From: Phoronis australis
Lineage: Eukaryota > Animalia > Phoronida
Assembly (NCBI GenBank): GCA_002633005.1
Contig: NMRA01000052.1
Location: 1,043,235 to 1,107,234, forward strand
Length of the DNA: 64,000 bases
Direction: 5' to 3'
Of the stretch, positions 37,454 to 51,062 are shown piece after piece. Position numbers and translations under genes: made by a program. Under the pieces are notes generated by a model that worked only from the letters and a program-made list of their open reading frames with translations, searched no databases and was not told where the DNA came from. The first letter of the stretch is position 1. Every line of letters begins with the position of its first letter.

Positions 37454-39614
37454 ACCTACATCCGGGGGCTGAGGACCCTGGGTAAAACAGAAGACTCCTA
37501 TGGTGACCTCTTGGTGCCCATTATATTTGAGAAAATCCCTGGAGGTGTGAAAACACAGATTTGTAGAGATCATGGTCAAACTACCTGGACGCTGAACGAC
37601 CTTCTTGCGGCACTGTCCCGAGAGATTTCTGCCAGCATGGAAGGGGACTCTTCCATGGCCCTTTCAGGTGACGCACATTACACGTCCACTTCAAGTTTTG
37701 CAGTGAGCGACACACTGCGACCAGCGAAACATTTTCCTCAGAAGAAACATGTACACCCACCGACCAGACGACCTTCGCCAAGATGTGCCTTTTGCAAGCA
37801 GAGGCATGCGTCACACACCTGCAGAATCTTCAGCGACCCTATAAAGCAACTAGAGATTGTCCGCCGAGACCGCCTGTGTTTCAATTGTTTAGGCGCTCAC
37901 CAGGCCAGGGACTGCCCGTCTATGCACACTTGCCGATCATGACATCGCAAGCACCACACCACGTTATGTGCCACCTTTTCGCAAGAAAATTCGAAGCCCA
38001 ACAACAGATCAGAAGCCAGCCAACCGAAAAACGAAGTCACGTCCACTGTATACCCACCGAGTACTACTCGAGATGCCCAGGTGAACCTGGCACCCACAGC
38101 AGGGCCAGTTTTGTTGAAGACTGCCGCTGCCACAATTGAAAGAGAGGGGCATTGGACTAAGGTAAATGTTTTATTTGATGAGGGTTCACAACAAGCGTTT
38201 CTAACTGTCAGGGCTGCCCAGCGCCTCAATGTCGACACAGACCACGCTCCTAAAGAAACGCTCAACCTATCCACTTTCGGAGAGTCTAATGCCCAACTTC
38301 AGGTACTTCCAATGACTACATTCGAGCTGAAAACTCAACATGGTAACGCACAACTGTCTACTGTCATTGTCCCAACAATTACTACGCCTGTGAAGAATTA
38401 CGTGCCAACTACTGTTAACTGCTTTGACTATTTACAATGTTTGCCCATTAACTCCCCTGCTGAGTCGATGATTGAAATTGATTTGCTGATTGGTGCCGAC
38501 CATTACTGGTCAATTGTTGGCGACACCACAATCAGAGGTTCAGGACCAACGGCCGTCGCTTCAAAACTGGGCTACCTATTGTCAGGTCCCACCCGTCTAA
38601 AATGCAATGGAACGCCGATCACTCACACGAACATCACCTGTATGAAAATTCTCCAAGAGGAGCCAGACCCTGCCACCCAATACTAGGACCTTGAAACGAT
38701 TGGAATCAAAGACCCTACGACAGAGACGCCCTTTGATTTCAGTAGCTACCGTAACCATGGTATTACTCACGATCCTGACGGAAAATACACTACGAAACTA
38801 CCATGGAAGGACGATCATCCACCATTGCCTACTAATTACTACATTGCCCGGAACAGAACTCGTTCCATGGTGAAACGTCTTGATGACAATACCCGACAGA
38901 CGTACGACAAGATAATTGTCGACCAACTTGCCCGCGATTTTATTGAGCCTGTACATCATGATAACTACACAGAGGGACATTACATACCTCATCATTACAT
39001 GGACAACGCTAAAAATTCTGGCTAAATATTCAGCTTTCTTGCGGCGCGGGAGTGTCATGAAATCTGTGACATTCATGATACATATATAATTCTTAGTATT
39101 TTACTTTGTTAGTGTTATTACTTATTGATATTATTTCTTTGCTAGCCAATTGTTTGTGTTTATAGAAACTTGGTTTGGCTGTCAGCTGAGTCAGCGATCA
39201 ACCCATCCGGTGCATCCACACATGTTTTGATGATCTCTGTAGTAAACAAGATTGCGTAATGGTCATTCACAGAAACATTGCCTAAAGACAGCTGACCATT
39301 ACCATATATGGCAAACAGTAGTTTAGATGATTGTTGTGAAAGTTTTTAGAGTTGCTTCCTGTTATTTTCCTGTATAATATTGAATCATAAAGTTTGGTGC
39401 ATGCAACCCACATATTTGTAACTTGTATATAAATCTGTTCACTTGTCTAACGAGAGCGCTCGGAGGAGCGACACTTGGCGGAATTAATCGAAAAGACGAC
39501 GATGAGAAGGACGGGGATAATCATGACGATCAAGACGGCAATTATGAATAACACGATAACATTCATGTGACTAGCGAAGAAATCAAATAGAGAGCATACA
39601 ATGAACTACAATTA

Positions 39615-40745
39615 AGAACAAGAGATGGCACAACATGGCGGACGAGCCATGTCTTNCAGACAATCAACTACAATAAAGAACAGTAGATGGCCCAGCATGA
39701 CGGACGAGCCATGTCTTTTCCCACATTCTAAAATAGGTGGCGCTATGTGACAGTCTACAAAGCAAAGTTATGTTTACAATAAGTATTTGGCCTGAAATTG
39801 TAGTCTACAGAGCGCTATTCAGCCACAGTAGGACAGTGCTGGCTGGGTCAGTCTGGGTCAACTAGGCATAACCAAAACAAAGTGAACTGAAAGCCAGCCA
39901 GCTGCGTGCATACGTGACCGAAGGAACAACGGTATCCGAAAATCTCGAATAATTCAAAAAGTAGACGTCGTAGCGCAAAATGGAAACTATCTCCTGAAAG
40001 CCCGTTGAAAACTCTATCTAAAGTGGTAGTTTGGCAAAAATCAAAAAATTTTGAGAAAATTGAAAATTTGCCGTTTTTTTGAATTTCAAAGTCAAATAAC
40101 TTGAAAACGGTAACTCTTAGAAATACGTTCTCGCAGACTTTTTGAAAGGCCATACTTCAAGGAATCCACATGCAAAAATTCACGTCATTTGCTCTTCCCA
40201 TAAAAAATGCGACACCAGAGCGATTGAAACCGTGTGAACATGCCCCACAGCCGCCATCTTGAAAGTGATTTCTGGTTCAATAATTTTATATAAAAGCTTA
40301 TTAAACTCAACAACCACGTGACCAGTTTGAAAGTAATTGGTTTACAAATACGCCCTCTATAGGAGAAAACGTTTTTGGCCATATTTCGGGGTGCGCATGC
40401 GCCACGTCCAATATTTCCGCCATCTTTAACCGAAAGTCAACGATTTTGTGCACAATTGTAGCACATGCGTTCAAGTATATTCGTACCGAATTTCAGCCAT
40501 GCAGGTCGAAAAATGCGGCCTCTGCGAGTATTTGAATGTGAAATCGGATACAAAATGGCCGCCACCTCCGCCATTTTGTATCCGATCATGACCAAAAACA
40601 ATAGCGTTCTAGCAATTCCCGATCTACACGTTGTGTGCAAATTTCGTGAAAATCGGACGAAAATTGCCACCTGTAGAGAGCGCACAAAAAAAAAAAACTT
40701 GCTGTCAGACCAACATACTTGGCGGAAGAATTCCGCCAAGTAATA
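39615..40745. mobile_element. Non-autonomous element, probably Helentron-associated (HINE-like), inserted in the BEL 3' LTR
   Basis: No coding signal; terminal hairpin TACTTGGCGGAA-GAA-TTCCGCCAAGTA at 40716-40742; AAAATGGCCGCC/GCCATTTT motifs. Confidence 0.5.
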
Positions 40746-41749
40746 AAGACAGTCCTCATCTTGCTACTGCCAGTTGCTTTACTAGTGTAATTGAGTGTTC
40801 CACACTTAGTTACTGAATACAACCATCTCACTGACGGACCGAGACAGTCCACAACACAACACAACGCTGCTACTAAGTCGAGTTATTCCACTATTCTACT
40901 ACACTTTCCGTGTGTGTGTGTGTGTTCATTGTGCATGTCACAGACTGCATCTGGCAGTACATCAAGCATGCAGAAACAACAAACATGAAATGTAAGTAAA
41001 GCAGTTTCTAGTTTTTGTGTTCAATTGCTGTATGTAATTTGATTTTTAAATTTCACATTTTGAAAACAAAATGACAGCATTTCAATTGAAGTTTTCCAGG
41101 CACTGGAACGGACTCTTGGATTGATTTACTCTTTTGTCCAGTGTTTAGAGGTCCACCTACAACTGTTCAAGGGCATTGCTGACATCCTAAACTCTGAAAG
41201 CGTAAAGTTCAAACGATTGTTCGAGATCCGGTGGTTGTCTATGAGTGAAAGCCGTAATAAGAAACACGGAGCCTCTTCTGGTTTTGTTGAGCCGTGAAGC
41301 AAATAACAGGGATCCAGTGGCGCAAGCAATCCACACAAGCCTATCGAACTACAAAAGTGTTGCTCTTCTATTCTTAGTTGAAGATATCATGGATGCCATG
41401 TCTCATTTATCCAGAATCCTTCACTTAAGAGATGTGTGCTTTGGTACACTTAAAAGTGCTGTACGTTGAAGTTTTGTAATGTATCTCTTGAATTTATTTT
41501 TGAGATATCACACATGCATAAAACTATGCCATGACACACTACTTTGGTTTTAAAATTGAAAAGTGTTTTGCAGTATGATGTGAATATGGTAATTACTTAC
41601 TTTGCTTGCTTCATTTCAGGTCAGGGCTTGCCGTGATACGTTACAAGACATAGCTTTTAATGATGGGCCCAACTTGACAGATTTTTAAAGCACAACTGAC
41701 TGCAAGAAACAGTGTCTTCAAGGGCACCGTTATTAGTAGTCTGTAATAC

Positions 41750-42475
41750 AGATGAATTCTCACTATTCTACACAACGTCAGCGTCAAACTAGAAATTACA
41801 GAGTAGCTGATATTGTCAACGCACTAGACGAAATCGACCCAAATGACAGTGATATTGAGGAAGATTCCACAGACGATGAAGATTATGAAATACCTGAAGA
41901 CCAGTCCAGAACTACAGTGCTAAATGAATCTTCTGATGAAGATGAACCTGTGCCCCAACCTGCTGCACCACAGCCTTCTACGTCCAGGAAGAATGCTTAT
42001 AAATGGACCAAATCTCAGTTCGTGTCACCCGATGCTATCTTCAGACTGAGGGAAGTTGTTAGATTGGCCTGATGATTATCAGTTACCATCGCCTATAAAT
42101 TTTTGTATGATTTCCTAACTGATGATATGCTGGACTTGCTTGCAGAGATGTCTAATCAGTACAGTGTCGAAAAAACTGAAAAGTTTGTTGACACTGATAA
42201 AACTGAACTGAAGAAAATGATTGGTATGTTTTTGAGGATGGGTCTGACAAAAATGTCAGGTAATCGCAGTTAATGGGAGTCTGACACTAGATATTATTGA
42301 ACCCGTGGCAAGTGTGATGAGCCGAAATTGGTTTCAGTTACCACTAACATCACTACACTTTGTCAACAACACTGCTAGCAATGAGGACAAGAAGGATAAA
42401 CTGTGGAAAGTACGCCCTTGGCTTGAGAAATTTAGACAGAATTGCCAGAAACTTGTTCCCGAGGATATATGTAAG
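41750..42475 (+). mobile_element. Second piggyBac family, transposase N-terminal fragment
   Basis: Acidic N-terminus, FLTDDMLDLLAEMSNQYS, VMSRNWF, SLHFVNN, DKLWKVRP; copies 47348-47625 and 60105-60840. Confidence 0.85.
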
Positions 42476-42529
42476 ACATAGCTGTTGTAGATTGTGTTGG
42501 AACTGGGAAGCAGGGACTTGTTCTCAATT

Positions 42530-42625
42530 TGGCTGTGAAACAGTTAATGATAGTCAAGAAAAAGAAAGCCTGTTTTAATTGTCTTGGCAATCATAGAATA
42601 GCTGACTGCCATTCCCACAACACCT
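42530..42625 (+). mobile_element. BEL gag zinc-knuckle micro-fragment
   Basis: IVKKKKACFNCLGNHRIADCHS. Confidence 0.6.
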
Positions 42626-43604
42626 AGCACTAATCTGGAGGCCCTGTGGCAATGATGCCCAATGTATTATTTGGACGCCCTGTCAATCAGAATTGCTCCC
42701 GTTTACTGTCAATCAGAATTTCTCCGGTTTGGACACCCACATTGTAAGATTACAAGGACTCCCAGTTAATGAAAAAGAGAAGTTGTCCCTTTCCACTCAG
42801 ACAGAAATATACACTGTATTTAAAATGTTGCAATGTTCAAACTATTTTCAAAGTATTTGGTAGACCTGTTAATCATTAGCAGGTGTTTGGTTGCCAGAGT
42901 GTCTCTGCTTTCAGTGGTCTCATATCCCACTGCAATTCTGACTGAGTACTTAATATGAGGACACCGAACTTGGCTAACTCCAAACTGATGATTCAGAGCT
43001 GTAGTTTCATGTTTTTCATCCTTTTTAAAAACATCAAAAGCGAAATAAATGTCATTACTTTAATAACATGATGTGCCACAAGAATATCCCCATTTAAAAT
43101 GTTTGAGTTTGCACCCATTTCATGCTTTTCTATGTGCATCTTAATATGGACCAGCAGTGACACCTGTTGCCAAAATATAAACTATACATCATCTGTGCAA
43201 TTTTCTTATGTTGGTAACTGCAGCTTTAATGACTCATTGTACAGAATATAAAGCTAGTAAAGATGATATGATAACCTTTATAACAGCAATTTGACTTGAG
43301 ATCACCAAAAACAGTGCACTCATCATTCAACCAATATCAGATTCTGTAATATCTGTAACACCTGTTTGGTAAGCTATTTGGCTGCTTTCATAAATTTAGA
43401 CATAAAAGTCTTGATCCACACATTTTTTTTAGTAAAATTCTCACTACAAAGGAGTTGTTTTTGTGAACTTAGGTTTAAAAGCCTTGTTCAACGTATTTTT
43501 TGTAAAAAAACCTCACTGCGTATGTGGGGGGAAGGGTTACTGGTGAATGGTGGTGGGGAATGGGGGTAATGCGTCGTTGGAATCATGGATGCCCTGGAAT
43601 ATTG

Positions 43605-43653
43605 GGAGCCCCATTTTGGACACCCTACTTTCGAAATGCTGGATGAAGCCCTG
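43605..43653. mobile_element. Probable hAT right terminus
   Basis: ...ggacaccctactttcgaaatgctggatgaaGCCCTG (CAGGG-type end). Confidence 0.35.
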
Positions 43654-45594
43654 AAGTACACTGTAGTTCATTATCCGCGTCACCTAGTAACACAGTGATT
43701 CGATATAACACGTATATTAGTTGAAGAGACGGTAACTACATATAATATTCGAATACTAGCAACTAGGTCTATATAATATAGTTAGAGACTAGAGAGTCCA
43801 TAGCCACACTGAGTGGAGAGATCAGATGAGTCACATAGACAATTAACACATGATTTTAATGATGTGTGGTTGGCACACCAGCACAGCAAACAACAGATCA
43901 ACGCTACGCTCCGCCCACATGACAGCCATATTTGTTTTGGTCGTCTGTTGTGCTTCACAAGTTCGCAAAAAATCATTTAAATTATGCAGTAAACAAACAG
44001 GTATGTCATATTTTCTAAACATAAAGTAAATATCAGCTTTATTTCAAGTACATCAACAGAAATTGGAATATTATGACTGCACATTCTGAACAAAATTTGA
44101 CCTCAAGTGGCAATCGATGCCTGCTCAACTTCAAAGCCGCTTTTCTCGGCTTGTGATTTCAGGGTGGTTACAAGATTCCTGGGCCCATTTTACCGCAGCA
44201 TGTGGGTCAGTTTTTTTACAAAATTTGCAAATTTGAAATCCACTATTACTGAACTAAAATCGTGTGCCAGGGTTTATTGATACATGGATCAGATTTTTAC
44301 TTAATAGATGGAAAGTGACCAAATGACAGAAAGTGGCGTGCTTGCCACAACTCACATGCAAAAAATGCTACAAAACCAATTTTTTTTTTAAATTAAAAAA
44401 TATGATATTTTAAACAAACTTTTTTTTCAATTTTTGTCATTTTCAGAATCATGTCGAACTAGTTAAAACCCCCTTTCCACTTATTTCAGATAAGAACCTG
44501 GAAATCTGGCAAGTGTATACAAAAGCACATTAAATATTCTAAAGTTGATGGCTAATTAACTCAGAAAGCGTTCATGTATTTCCTAAGCGACAAGCTCGAT
44601 ACAAAATTCAAATTTACTTACTTTTAAATTACTTGATACACTCTAACTGGATATCTATTAACTTTTTTAGTATAGAAGAAGACTTTGAAAACATGCATGA
44701 TGAAGTAAAAAGACTATAATTCTTGGGTGCTAATGCCCACTCATACCAACACTGTGCCAATCATCAATTCCTGTTGAGGACAGATACTTAAAATTAATGG
44801 ATTATAACAAGTCTCAGTACTCTGAAAAGTGCAGACTCCCGAGTTCTGCGGAGACTTTGAAAGGCTGTACAATGCCGACATTTATAGATTTGGTGTCACA
44901 TGTGGACTGTGCCTTTCAGACACCCAATATTTTGCTGCTATAGCTCTGTATGCCTGAAATTCTTTTTTTATTGCCAACATTTATTAAGCTAACTGGATAA
45001 AAAAATACTCATTTACCTTCAACAAATGGGATCTACTGTAATATGTGTTCAAAGAAGGTCACAGTGACATATGATTTAGTTCATGTACGAGGCTCAGCAT
45101 ACAAATGTTGTAAAAACAAAACATTGTACATTTAGTCAACATTTAAGAGATTCTTCAAAATGTTTACAAAGGCTGCTTGCTACATTTCAATGATGCCACA
45201 AGGGTCCAACAAACATCTGAGGCACTATTTTTGCTTGTGTTTGTTTAATGCTGTATGATAACAATACTTGTACAAGTTTTGATTTAAGGAGAGGAGAATA
45301 GAGTTAAAGGAGCCCATTGTAGCTGGATTAGGTGAAGTCGATCTAGAAGATAGGGATGACTTGCCAGCCTAAAAAGAGGCTGTGGAGGTGCTGGAGCGGC
45401 TCTTTGCAGAGGTCTGCTCCAGTGACCCCAGTCTCAAAAACAAAGACGGGGTGATCCACCTGAGTCTGTGGATCTCTGGCAATCCCCGCTTTCAGGAAGG
45501 CAATGACTTTGTCTTTGACCATCTGAAGTGTCAGTATGGCCAGGACTTGGGTACGCATCACCATTGTTTTGGAGGTGCACCCGAGGAGAAACTG

Positions 45595-47090
45595 AAGATA
45601 TTTTAGTTGAACTTGTTAACGGTGTAAAAGCTCAGTGCAAAGCCTTTCTTCTGTGTTTCACAGCTGACTTACCTGCCAAAATTGCAGTGTTAAACATGAA
45701 TCAATACAATGGTGCCCATTCTTGTGTTTTGTGTTTACAACAAGGAAAAAATTTTCGAACGCAGAAAGGTGGTAACATTAGGATATTCCCCTTTGACTGC
45801 AGCAATCCGGATGGTCCAAAACGATCAATGGAATCTGTACACCGTGATGCCAAAACTGCATTCAGTACCAATAAGGTTACTAATGGCATTAAAGTACCAT
45901 CATTTTTGATGAGTGTCAACTCCTTTTCGTATTTCCAGAGCAGTATTGATTATATGCATGGTGATCTTGGAGTAGTAAAAACCTTAATTAGTTTGTGGTT
46001 TTCACCATCCTTTTCTAATCAGAACTTCTCCTTGTATAAACACGTTGGCATCATTGACCGTCTCCTCACTCGCATAAGACCATGCTCTACAATAAATCGC
46101 TTGCCTCTCTCTATTTCTGAACATTTTAAATATTGGAAAGCAGCAGGTCTTGGCTACTGTTTTATTCAGTTCCACTTCTGTGTGATATCATGAAACCTAA
46201 GTTTTCGTATCATTATTGTACTTTTGTAGAATCCATTTATATTTTATGTCAAGAAAATATTTCAGACAGTGACTTAGATAAGGTTCATTCACTGTTATGC
46301 TACTATGTTTACATGTTCAGTACTCTGTACGATGAAAAGTTTGTCACCCTTAATGTGCATGGGCTGTTACATCTGGCGCAGACAGTTCGTAATCTCGGTC
46401 CTCTTTGGGCTCACTCTTATTTTTCTTTGAGTTGGCCAATGGTGACTTGTTGAAATTCTTCCATGGAACGCAGTGTGTTGATATGCAGATAATGAATGCA
46501 GCTCACATTCTTCAGAATCTTCGCAATACACACAAAGTATCCCTGTTAATTCTGCTGCTTACAGTTTTGTGATAGCTCTAAGCCCTGAATGAAATGTCCA
46601 GAGTCATACATTACATATTACAAAAGTATTAGGTAAAGGCTAAAAAAAAAAAGAATATCTGATGAATTATTTGGAAAAGTTATCCATGTCTGCCGAATTA
46701 TGGTACAAAATTTAAAATTCTTCAACCGGTTATGTTTGAGGGGAAGAGTTTTTCACTCAACCACATATGTCAGAGTTCAGCGAAGAAATTCCTATACTGT
46801 TAAATTTTTGGACAATGAAAGACACGTTCACTTTGGTTTTGTATGCTGGTATGCCATGAATGAGAATTGCCACAATGAAATTGTTGCATGTGTCAGGAAA
46901 CTGCAAATAACTGACTTTGAGCCATGCAAAGAAATTTCAAATGAACTGAAAGTCAATGTAAAACACATCCATGTCTTCCAAACTAATTTGGTTGATGAAA
47001 TTATTATTTTGGCAGAAAATATAATAGCGCTTTGTCTTTGACTGGTGAGAAGCGTTTTGTTTGTGAAGAACCAAACTACAAGGAAATTAA
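45595..47090 (+). mobile_element. EnSpm/CACTA transposase fragment
   Basis: ADLPAK..LNMNQYNGAHSCVLC, IDYMHG, KYWKA, WLLFYSVP, NVHGLLHL, LGPLWAHS motifs with frameshifts. Confidence 0.9.
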
Positions 47091-48129
47091 TTTGTGAATA
47101 CATATGTGAATTCTGTTTTTGACAGTTTTTGTGAGCAAAATTAGCTGATGACCATGTTGCATCACGTCTATAATATGTGATGCTTTTATGAAACTAGAAA
47201 GAATGGTTATGTTAATTCGGCTCTGCCAACTGGCACAATTTTGCTGTTCAGTTTTCGAGACTAAGTCATGACCTCATGGTTTGACACTGCAGTTTCAGTC
47301 TTAAGCATTGCATTGGTCAAAAATGAAGAATCAAAACCAAAATTGCNTTGGTATGTTTTTGAGGATGGGTCTGACAAAAATGTCAGGTAATCGCAGTTAA
47401 TGGGAGTCTGACACTAGGTATTACTGAACCCGTGGCAAGTGTGATGAGCCGAAATCGGTTTCAGTTACCACTAACATCACTACACTTTGTCAACAACACT
47501 GCTAGCAATGAGGACAAGAAGGATAAACTGTGGAAAGTACGCCCTTGGCTTGAGAAATTTCGACAGAATTGCCAGAAACTTGTTCCCGAGGATATATGTA
47601 AGACATAGCTGTTGTAGATTGTGTTGTTGTGGGTTCTCAATCATTCGCTGATTAGCAAGGAATTGTATTTATGAATAAAGAACGCTGTTAATGACAAAGC
47701 CTGTACGAGTCGTGAGGAAAACTGACTAGTCAAATGTTGTGAAAAATGTGGCAACCCTGCCGTGCAAAATAAAACTTTTTTGAAACTTACATATACATTA
47801 TATGTGGGTGTGATAAGGTTCAAATCTGTATTGAATTATTTATAACGTTGCATTATTTGTAGTAACAAGTGGAATGTTGAATAGTTGACTATTTGTATTA
47901 TGCTATTAAACTAATTATGCTTATGTTGTGGAAAAATATTTCATTTTTAATAGTTTTTGTCATGTGAAGAGATTGAAACTGAAAGAATCATTTTCAAACC
48001 CTCAATTAGGACTTCTTGACGGAAACGTGTGACAGGCCACATGCAAATGGTTTCCTTTTGACTACAGTCAAGCATATTACATTGAAATTTCTCTAACTCT
48101 TGAGATTCTGAACAGCCAAAAAAATTTCT

Positions 48130-48310
48130 AAGTCCTGAAATTCAATAGCCGTTCAATAGACATTCAATTCACAGCACAATCTGGTTGGAGGCAGTGCCAA
48201 TTGAATTTTCATTCAATAACCATATTCAATAGAAATTCAATTTTCTATAGAATTTCAATTGAATTTCAATTGAATCTCAATTGAATCTCAACGTCTCCTT
48301 TTCGTATGGG
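48130..48310. mobile_element. EnSpm-like right terminus with subterminal repeats
   Basis: Repeated TCAATTGAA/TTCAATAG units ending TTTTCGTATGGG. Confidence 0.55.
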
Positions 48311-50804
48311 AAGCTCAAATCTGCATATCGAGAAATAGAAGCTATCCACATGTTGGATCTTTTGAAGGAGAATCTACACAAAGTGCTTTGTCTCACCTGT
48401 GATGACATCATACGAATGGTCATTGAGAGCTAGTCATGCCACAGTGAAACCTATGTTAATTGTACGTAGTTGATTGTGCTTCAGGTGTGTATTTTTTGAT
48501 TGAGTACACCGACGATGGTGTGTTAGAGGTCAAGACGTTTGATGAGCTGTCGCCATCAGATGTTGCTCTATTAGATACATTCTCTCGTGTTGAAAATATT
48601 AAAGTTGGCAGCAAGGTCATTGCCATGTATGTCATGGACGGCTATAAAGCCATGGTCCTTAGTATATCTGGTAATACTATAAAACTTTTATTGCTGGATT
48701 GACTTGATATAGTTGTACATACACTCTAAAAATGCTTCTACGTGTTCCGAAATTATAAAAGCGAATTTTGAATCTGAAGCATTGGATTTTAATATAAAGT
48801 AAAACACTTGATTATTAATTGTTAATTATGATTTATGCATCACTTTTCGTGCAGAGGACAGAACAACACTGGTGGCAGAAATGAAGAGAAGAAAAAAGAC
48901 ACTGCCTACAGGAAAGACGGCCGCTGAGAAGGTTGTAAAAGAGCCCAAAAAGAAAGTGGCAAAAATGCCAACAGAGCAGGTATATATATCGCACTACAAG
49001 CAAATCTTGCCTCACATGGATCCAAATGGACCGACAACCTGTCAGTTAATAACAACATTCCATTAACTGCTTTGCATGGACATTGGCTTCCATCCATACA
49101 CAGGTCAAGTTTTGTTTTAGCTATTTTTCTGCATATTAAAACAAGACCATGATAGCGTGCAGTTCAAAGGAGTGGTCAGCGCAAGTTACTCATTAAAAAC
49201 GTACTCTGTGGTTGGCGAAATTTAAGGACATGGTGTAGATGCAAAATTCAAGTGCATTGCAGGGGCAAAGGGCATTTGCAAGCATGTTGATGCCCTCTTA
49301 TTTAGACTCCTTGAATGCAAGGAAAGTGGGTTGCCAACTATTCCTGAGCACATTGCGTGCATGTCCCAGGAGCGAGCATGGGGTCTAAGGAAGAGTTCTG
49401 TCAAGGTGTCTGAAAAATTCTCAGACTTGGTATTCGTGAACTATGTGGATGGAAAGGACTCGGAAAAATCAATAGCAAATTCAAGAAAAAGAAAAGATTA
49501 TAATTGCCTTGCTTCAAGTAAACAGTTCTTACCAACAGCTTGACTTCAGGAACTGGGAAGAAATTTAGAACCATGTCAGCCAGTGTGGACCACATTGCTA
49601 GACCGAGTAAGTGTGTCACCTAACAACAGTTTGAGGCCTCATTACATTATGCTGAAAAAATGTGTTGCAGCTTTACTAATGTTTGGTTATCATTCACTTA
49701 TTGTCCTATATATTCTCATGTTGTGCGTTCTCTTACTTCGAGGAGGTAATTTGACTGACAAGCATGAGGCATAGGTTTGTCACCTTGACGACGATGACAA
49801 GTATGAAGCAGAGGAACAGTGGCTGGAAATGATGCACAGAGTATTGGTAGACCATGAAATACAAGTGTTACAGCTGTGCAGCATTAAGGAGGAAAACAAC
49901 GAGATAACCGAGCCAACCGATGGGACGACGGAGACTGGGGCGACAGCAGCGACTGTGATAAGAGATACAGCAGCGACCGAAGTGATGGCAACGACCGGAG
50001 AGATGCCAGCGACAGATGCAAGCAGTGTAAAAATTGTGACTGACAATGATAAACACTCAGTGTTTAAGTTGGAAATGCATCGACTCCCGGTGGTGATGTA
50101 CGCGATTATTTAAGTTTTAAGGATGACTTCCAGTACATGGTTGGAAACAGGCATAGCAAGAGGGATAGTATAGCAGTATTAAGGAATAGCTTGGAAGGTA
50201 AGCCTCTTGATCTAATTAAATGCCTAGGTTCTCTGTTTTGTAACTTGTATATTTGTTGCAGTTAATTCAAAAGTTCACCCCACCGTAGGTGGCAAGATGC
50301 CACAACAAAACCCGTGGCGTGCACCAGCTTGTTCAAGTTGTGATCAGCTTTGTGCCGAGAACAAGAAGCTGAGAAGTTGTGGGCCTGCAATGTAGTGCTA
50401 AAGGCGAAAATGTACATTTAAACAATTAAAAAATTACAAAATTGATTGTGACTTTATAGTTGTACTTCTTACGCCAGATTTAAGTTATGGTTTTGTAGCT
50501 CTTAAAGAACTAAACTGTGACCTTGAAAATTTATGAATTGCTTTTGTATTAGCTTTGACAGTGAGTGGTACATTTGTTCAAATATTTTTCAATGATTTGT
50601 TTTAGAACAAGCTTGTACTTCATCACGGCACTGCCATCAGCTGGCTTCGTGAATGAAGATGAAGCTATTTGCTTCCATGTAAGTCTAAAGAAGTGCAGAA
50701 AATTTTTCCTATTTATTCTCACTGTGTGGTGACATTCATTGATAAGCACTTTCGCTCGTGTGGTAACCATACAGTGCGAATAATTTTAATGCATTCTCAT
50801 TTCA

Positions 50805-51062
50805 GAAAATAGACAGGGCAGTCCCAAATGCTCATATAAACAATTTCAACCAAAATGAAAAAGAAATTATAGACAAGGTCAAAGCTGCTTACAGAAAAAT
50901 GGATCCAGACTTGGGGGAAAATGATCCGATAGATATTCTGGTTTCGTTGGACGGCCCATGGCACAAGCGAGGTTATACGTTGAAGTATGGTGTCGGGACA
51001 CGTATTGATGTTTTGACAGGTTATGCCCTAGATTTCGAGGTATTGTCAAAATATTGCCATGC
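50805..51062 (+). mobile_element. Mutator-like transposase catalytic-region fragment
   Basis: IDILVSLDGPWHKRGYT..YGVG..IDVLTGYALDFEVLSKYC. Confidence 0.85.

Larger units (their letters stand above)
36461..40903 (+). mobile_element. BEL/Pao LTR retrotransposon, two LTRs, internally deleted, 5-bp TSD
   Basis: TSD CTTTC at 36456-36460 and 40904-40908; 5' LTR from 36461 matches 3' LTR from 39053 (after PPT-like GCGGCGCGGGAG); internal gag with CxxC knuckles, LFDEGSQ protease, LLIGADHYW, LPWK, HYIPHH. Confidence 0.9.

Noticed and set aside
39600-39720. Short direct repeat around a single n (also the n at 47347)
   Set aside because: Likely contig joins; adjacency across these positions is not trusted.
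43660-45290. Non-coding stretch with possible DNA-transposon termini
   Set aside because: No partner inverted repeat or coding motif found; left unannotated.
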